Source: an uncultured euryarchaeote (GTDB taxonomy: Archaea; Thermoplasmatota; Poseidoniia; Poseidoniales; Poseidoniaceae). From it: a DNA stretch of 37,394 bases. The notes under the pieces were generated by a model. That model searched no databases. It saw nothing but the letters and a program-made list of their open reading frames with translations, and was not told the origin of the DNA. The stretch is taken from the NCBI GenBank assembly GCA_937897365.1, contig CALCOP010000094.1, forward strand, positions 1 through 37,394. The letters are read 5' to 3'. This document shows positions 32,871-37,394 of this stretch, one piece after another. Numbering within the stretch: the first letter of the stretch is position 1; the number at the start of each line of letters is the position of its first letter. A program made the translations under genes and the position numbers.

Positions 32871-35831
32871 TCACTCAATCCGTGTTCGACCAACAAATGC
32901 AGAGGCACATAGAAGACCGAGCAAAGTGAGTGCTGCACTGAGACTTGGTAGAGAATCAGATACAGATTCCAAATCAGGTTCTACCTCTGGATTACCTTCG
33001 CAGGGGATCCAGTGGCCATCAGTTCCCGGCTCTACAGATCCTGTTAGTCCGCCTGCTTCAGACAGATAGAGCATGCCTGAACCAGCAGGCCATTCAACAA
33101 CAGAGTTCCCAGAATAGAACATTATTGTATCATCCCATACAGGCTGTCCATTTGCCACCCAAGTTGATTTACAAGGACACGAATATGGCGTCCAAAACTC
33201 GTAGTCTTGGGCATCGCCAGGGGCAGTTGCTACCAATCCATTATTGTCCACATATATTGCTTGATAATACATACCTGAATTCGCTGGATATTCGAAAATA
33301 TCGCCAACGGAAACTGGAGTTGTGCTGTTCCAAACACCCGAAGTCGTAATTCCTTCACAAGGGCCTGGATTTGCACCGTTTCCATTGCATAGAACCCAGT
33401 GGATATCTACACCAGGTTCACCGGCGCTGTTAGAGACTCCAGTCGGTTCTAAAGGAATATACAAGTTGCCAGATCCAGCTGGATGTTCAACAACATAGTT
33501 TCCTGGATAAGCAGTATTAGCAACCCATACAGGTTCTCCATTAGCGGCCCAAGTTTCCTTGCATGGACAGTCTATTGGTGTCCAGAATTCATAGTCTTGG
33601 GCATCGCCAGGGGCAGTTGCTACCAATCCATTATTGTCTACATATATTGCTTGATAATACATACCTGAGTTCACTGGGTATTCGTATACCTCACCAACTG
33701 TAACGTTCATGGTCGATTCCCAAACGCCAACAACATTCAATCCAGCACAAGGGTTTCCTGAAGGTTCTTCTCCTTCACACAGAACCCAGTGTGAGTCAAC
33801 GCCTGGTTCACCAGCACCAGTAGAGACTCCGGTCGGTTCTAAAGGAGTATACAAGTTGCCTGATCCAGCAGGATGTTCAACAACATAATTTCCAGGGTAA
33901 GCGGTTCCATTCATCCATGTCGGTTGTCCATTTGCAACCCATGTTTCCTTACATGGACAGTCAATTGGTGACCAGACATCCATATCGAGATTCGGAGCAC
34001 TTACGCTCCAGAAAGGACTGCCAGCATTAACTTGATAATAAACTCCAGAATTCGCAGGATACTCGTAGATTTCACCGGATGTAACGTTCATTGAAGCGTC
34101 CCAAACACCAACGACTGTAAGTCCTGCACAAGGAGAGCCATTCGCTGGTTCTTCGGATGAATTGCATAGTTTCCATTCAGAGTCTGTTCCTGGCTCGTCT
34201 CCAGCGACTATGGCGGGTGAGTTAATGTAGAGCATCATAGAGCCTGCTGGCCATTCTACGACTGAGTTTGGAGGATATGTTACCGAAGCATCCCACACCG
34301 GTTCACCATTGAACGCCCATGTTTCCATACATGGGCAATCGACTGGCCCCCACATATCGTTGTCATCGTGAGGGGAGTTTACCTCTAGATCGACGACGCC
34401 TTGCCAGATGACTTCGTAGTAATTTTGTGAACCAGCTGGATACTCGTATACTTCACCAGTTGAAACTCTTGAAAGGTTATCCCAAACACCTACAACAGTA
34501 GCACCACAAGGGCCACCAGTGGAGTTGTCCTCAGGACCGCATAGTTCCCATTGATTACCATCAGCAAAGGGTTGATCAGGAGTCACACCGGTTGTTGTTT
34601 GGCTAACAATCGCCATCCAAATATCGCCAGTTCCTACAGGATATTCAACGATAGCTCCAACCGAGTAAACCGTGTTTGAATCCCATACTGGATTCGAGGC
34701 TGCTTCCCAAATGTCTTCGCAACTACAGCTATCTTTCGACCATGATTGGAAATCAGAACCTGGAGCACCGACTGTTTGGTTGGAGAATCCAGGTGCTACT
34801 GCATGGAAGACTCCGGAACCTGCAGGGAATTCGTAAATCTCCCCAGTTGTGACAAGGGTTGAATTTGTCCAAGGCATACCTCCGTAGCCATTCATATCGT
34901 CGCATAGATTGCCGCTTGGTTGTTGTCCATCACAATTTCTCCATAGATATGCATCAGGGCTACCTGGTTCAACTCCGACACCATGGTCGACTGAGATGTA
35001 CAGAATATTGGAACCTGCAGGCCATTCGACAACTGCCTGTTGAAGATAGTCGATTGTGGAATCCCACACAGGTTGTCCGCTGTCATGCCAGATGTCTTTA
35101 CAATCACAATAGTCTTCTTCCCAAGCATCGAGGTCAACACCCGGTTCCCCTACTGTTTGATTATTGATGAGTGGAGCAACCATGTAAAATTCTCCCGAAC
35201 TTGCAGGATACTCGTAAATCTCTCCTTCACTGACCAGTACCGTCGAAGACCATACACCGACGTTTTGCATTCCAACCAATTCATCACAAGGTGTAGTGTC
35301 TTCATCCATGCATTGAACCCAGAGGTCAGAGCCCACAACTGGTTCATCTCCTGCCATGGTTCCTGCGTCCTGTGCAATCCAAACACTGCCATTGTGAAGG
35401 ACGATTTGCCATGGATCGAAATTCGTGGTCGCATCCCAAGTAATGCCACTATAGTCGGCGATTTCGGCGCATGTGCATGGGCCTTCCCAGTGGCCTTCTT
35501 CTACAGACCCACCGGATGAATTAATTTGAGTTTGATAAAAATGACCCGAGTTTGCTGGCCACTCGACTATTGAATACATATCATAATTGCTGTTATTCTC
35601 CCAAACGGGACCGCCGAGGCCATCTGCTGGGTTCTGCCATTTAGAGAGCTCACAACTTGAATCTGCAGTAGTATTTCCACTCATTCCGTTGCTCTGCTTA
35701 CCTGAAAACTTTACTTCGACCGTATTCTGTTCTTGAAAGTCACTTGTTTTTTCTTCTGAGAAATCAATTCCTAAGAGCGATACTTGTAATGTAAGTAAAG
35801 CCACAATCATCCAGCATAGTGTATTGCGCAT
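32871..35831 (-). CDS. Large exported surface protein made of about 13 alternating CBM5/12-like (chitin-binding-type) small domains, with a C-terminal hydrophobic sorting or anchor signal
   Basis: Start placed at the ATG at 35831 (MRNTLCWMIVALLTLQVSLLG signal peptide), with a TATA box 23-29 nt upstream; 986 aa. Alternating modules: VGVWxSxxxVxxGE(I/V)YEYPAxSGxYY and CPCKETWxANGxPVW...VVE(W/H)PAGSxxLY. C-terminus SDSLPSLSAALTLLGLLCASAFVGRTRIE. The listed 1094-aa ORF extension overlaps the mcm 3' end. Confidence 0.75.
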   Translation of the reverse strand: MRNTLCWMIVALLTLQVSLLGIDFSEEKTSDFQEQNTVEVKFSGKQSNGMSGNTTADSSCELSKWQNPADGLGGPVWENNSNYDMYSIVEWPANSGHFYQTQINSSGGSVEEGHWEGPCTCAEIADYSGITWDATTNFDPWQIVLHNGSVWIAQDAGTMAGDEPVVGSDLWVQCMDEDTTPCDELVGMQNVGVWSSTVLVSEGEIYEYPASSGEFYMVAPLINNQTVGEPGVDLDAWEEDYCDCKDIWHDSGQPVWDSTIDYLQQAVVEWPAGSNILYISVDHGVGVEPGSPDAYLWRNCDGQQPSGNLCDDMNGYGGMPWTNSTLVTTGEIYEFPAGSGVFHAVAPGFSNQTVGAPGSDFQSWSKDSCSCEDIWEAASNPVWDSNTVYSVGAIVEYPVGTGDIWMAIVSQTTTGVTPDQPFADGNQWELCGPEDNSTGGPCGATVVGVWDNLSRVSTGEVYEYPAGSQNYYEVIWQGVVDLEVNSPHDDNDMWGPVDCPCMETWAFNGEPVWDASVTYPPNSVVEWPAGSMMLYINSPAIVAGDEPGTDSEWKLCNSSEEPANGSPCAGLTVVGVWDASMNVTSGEIYEYPANSGVYYQVNAGSPFWSVSAPNLDMDVWSPIDCPCKETWVANGQPTWMNGTAYPGNYVVEHPAGSGNLYTPLEPTGVSTGAGEPGVDSHWVLCEGEEPSGNPCAGLNVVGVWESTMNVTVGEVYEYPVNSGMYYQAIYVDNNGLVATAPGDAQDYEFWTPIDCPCKETWAANGEPVWVANTAYPGNYVVEHPAGSGNLYIPLEPTGVSNSAGEPGVDIHWVLCNGNGANPGPCEGITTSGVWNSTTPVSVGDIFEYPANSGMYYQAIYVDNNGLVATAPGDAQDYEFWTPYSCPCKSTWVANGQPVWDDTIMFYSGNSVVEWPAGSGMLYLSEAGGLTGSVEPGTDGHWIPCEGNPEVEPDLESVSDSLPSLSAALTLLGLLCASAFVGRTRIE
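33190..33970. repeat. Two tandem, nearly identical 390-nt coding repeats (130-aa units) inside the surface-protein gene
   Basis: The run tagtcttgggcatcgccaggggcagttgctaccaatccattattgtc[c/t]acatatattgcttgataatacatacctga occurs at about 33202 and again at about 33592, 78 nt with one mismatch. tagagactcc at 33431 and 33821 gives the same 390-nt period. Copies further upstream, to about 35500, are progressively more diverged. Confidence 0.85.
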
Positions 35832-35851
35832 ATTCTTTGACTCGCTATGAG

Positions 35852-35868
35852 AGTATATATTATTATTC
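35852..35868 (-). promoter_or_regulatory. TATA box for the surface-protein gene (minus strand AATAATAATATATACTC), probably giving a leaderless mRNA
   Basis: The plus strand reads gagtatatattattatt at 35851..35867, within the 82-nt spacer between the mcm stop (35914) and the ATG at 35831. The core TATATAT lies 23-29 nt upstream of the ATG. Confidence 0.55.
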
Positions 35869-35913
35869 ACAGCATAGAAATGCAAGCAGTGAATTGCAGT
35901 CGTAAAGTGAGAA

Positions 35914-37394
35914 TCAGACGACCTGTAAGGTGTCATAACCTGAAGGACGAAGCATTCTTCCGTGTTGAACAAGTTTCTCGATGACGTCCTCTGCGATTGA
36001 GCGGGAAATATCATAACGTTCTGCTTCATTGAATACGTCGAGTAATTGAGCGACACCGCCGTTGTTCGCTGCAAGTCCAGCGACGATTTCAAGAATCGCC
36101 TTTTCGCGGTTGCGCACAGTTCCCTTCTTGCCCGTAACAAGGGTTGTCTCGTCAAAGTTGCCGCCCATCAAATCTTCTCGCCAAAGCCGAGTCATTCGAA
36201 CAGCTCGCTCTGCGTCTTCAAGTGTAGCAACTTGTGACAATCGAATACGAGCACTTGCTTCTGCCAAACGTGCGAGGGCTTCAAGTGAACGTGCAGTAAT
36301 AGCAACGCTGTCGTTTGAATCACCTGTTTGCTTTCGAGTTTCAACATAAAAATTGACAATTGTATCGCGTGCATCTTGCTCAAGACTTGGATGAACTGTA
36401 CGCTTCGAGTACGCGATATACTTCCGAATGAGATCACGCGTCAACGTTTCTCCATGCTCGGAGTTCTCAACACCAGAGCGGGATGTGGATTTAGTGGGGT
36501 CTGGAGCATTACCCTCACTGACAAGCAATTCACTTGTGCCTTGCAAACGGTTCCCAATAATGTGCTGAGCAATCTTCGCATCTTTTTCTGATTCAGGGTC
36601 GTCTGTTAACAACCAAATGATGTCAAAACGAGAGACGAGGGGTGGTGCGAGATTAATTTGGGCTGTGAAGGGTACCTCAGAAACAGGTTCAAAGCGGCCG
36701 TTTTTTGGATTGGCAGCAGCTAATACTGCACATCGAGTACGAAGACTTGCATTAATTCCTGCTTTCGATATCGAAATCTTCTGCTGTTCCATTGCCTCGT
36801 GCATACTTGAACGATCACCTTCATTCATTTTGTCGAATTCGTCAATGGCCGCTAGTCCAAGGTCAGCAAGAACCAATGCTCCAGCCTCAAGAGTCCAGCG
36901 CCCATCAGCGGCAGAATCTTGAACAGCAGCTGCGGTTAAACCCGCTGCTGAAGCAGATTGTCCAGATGTGAAACGCCCTCGGGGGGAAATGGTCGACATG
37001 TAACTGAGCAATTGAGATTTAGCAACACCAGGGTCGCCCATAAGGAGGATGTGGATGTCACCACGATTTCTCGTCCCATCTGGATTAAGGCGTGCCACTC
37101 CCCCAAATAATTGAAGCATGAGGGATTGTTTGACATAAGGCATCCCAAAAATGGATGGAGCGATACTCTTGGCAAAAAGTTCGTAAATATCTGGTCGACG
37201 TGCTAATTCTTTGATTTCGAGTTCCTCATCTTCAGTTATGACAATTTCTTCCAGCGGTATGTTTTGTCGTTCGAGCGAATGAATTCGTAGGAAAATATCG
37301 AAAACAGGCGTGTCTTTACCGCCTTTTCTTTGCGAACGAATGAAGAGAACTCCGTTGCCTTTGACGCGGTCTCCTGGATTGAGTTTACCAGATC
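35914..37394 (-). CDS. mcm: MCM replicative helicase, AAA+ and C-terminal winged-helix parts. The N-terminus lies outside the window.
   Basis: The frame is open from 37392 down, confirmed by hand translation: ...GDRVKGNGVLFIRS...FDIFLRIHSLE...ELARRPDIYELFAKSIAPSIFGMPYVKQSLMLQLFGG. Walker A IHILLMGDPGVAKSQLL, Walker B AAIDEFDKM, sensor 1 CAVLAAANP, Arg finger SRFDIIWLL. No intein interruption is visible. Confidence 0.92.
   Translation of the reverse strand, partial: SGKLNPGDRVKGNGVLFIRSQRKGGKDTPVFDIFLRIHSLERQNIPLEEIVITEDEELEIKELARRPDIYELFAKSIAPSIFGMPYVKQSLMLQLFGGVARLNPDGTRNRGDIHILLMGDPGVAKSQLLSYMSTISPRGRFTSGQSASAAGLTAAAVQDSAADGRWTLEAGALVLADLGLAAIDEFDKMNEGDRSSMHEAMEQQKISISKAGINASLRTRCAVLAAANPKNGRFEPVSEVPFTAQINLAPPLVSRFDIIWLLTDDPESEKDAKIAQHIIGNRLQGTSELLVSEGNAPDPTKSTSRSGVENSEHGETLTRDLIRKYIAYSKRTVHPSLEQDARDTIVNFYVETRKQTGDSNDSVAITARSLEALARLAEASARIRLSQVATLEDAERAVRMTRLWREDLMGGNFDETTLVTGKKGTVRNREKAILEIVAGLAANNGGVAQLLDVFNEAERYDISRSIAEDVIEKLVQHGRMLRPSGYDTLQVV

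Noticed and set aside
35832-36155. N-terminal 108-aa extension of the 1094-aa ORF (32871..36155)
   Set aside because: The extension overlaps the mcm C-terminal coding region in another frame. The signal peptide starts at the internal Met at 35831, which has a TATA box at the right distance.
1-37394. Searched for CRISPR arrays, IS or transposase genes, integrases, tRNA or rRNA genes and toxin-antitoxin pairs
   Set aside because: I saw no regularly spaced short direct repeats, no DDE, serine or tyrosine recombinase motifs, and no RNA-gene-sized non-coding gaps apart from 21612..21965. The only long direct repeats are in-frame repeats inside the surface-protein gene.
35914-37394. Possible intein in MCM
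   Set aside because: Walker A, Walker B, sensor 1 and the Arg finger are contiguous with normal spacing. There is no Cys/Ser-initiated insertion or HN-terminated block.

Overview
This window is a densely packed archaeal chromosomal segment. The archaeal markers are an MCM helicase, GatE, two Pth2 peptidyl-tRNA hydrolases, a TFB-type factor, a short Psd-type decarboxylase and a TIGR01210-like radical SAM protein. Many exported proteins are acidic and repeat-rich, which suggests a planktonic Marine Group II-like euryarchaeote, but that is inference only. I support 25 protein-coding genes. I recognise no rRNA, tRNA, CRISPR array, transposase or integrase. First genes of transcription units have a TATA box about 25 nt upstream of the ATG, which looks leaderless. 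Internal genes have GGAGG-type ribosome-binding sites or 1-4 nt start/stop overlaps. The region 12.9-26.5 kb looks accessory. It holds a translationally coupled bacterial-type AddB/AddA helicase-nuclease pair (1243 + 1656 aa), a divergent non-canonical TFB paralog, a thioredoxin-fold exported protein, and a 794-aa Arg/His/Asn/Trp-rich orphan protein with an N-terminal zinc ribbon and its own promoter. Other points worth a second look: a polytopic membrane protein that resembles a ligand-less heme-copper-oxidase subunit I fused to two canonical EF-hands; tandem Pth2 paralogs; a beta-propeller/DUF4430-like exported protein next to a solitary ECF-S-component-like membrane protein, which may be a vitamin capture module; a 987-aa surface protein built from 390-nt repeats, two of them nearly identical; and a shared SLP(S/A)xS + helix + basic C-terminal sorting-like signal. 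All family assignments come from motifs read by eye. No database search or computation was possible.
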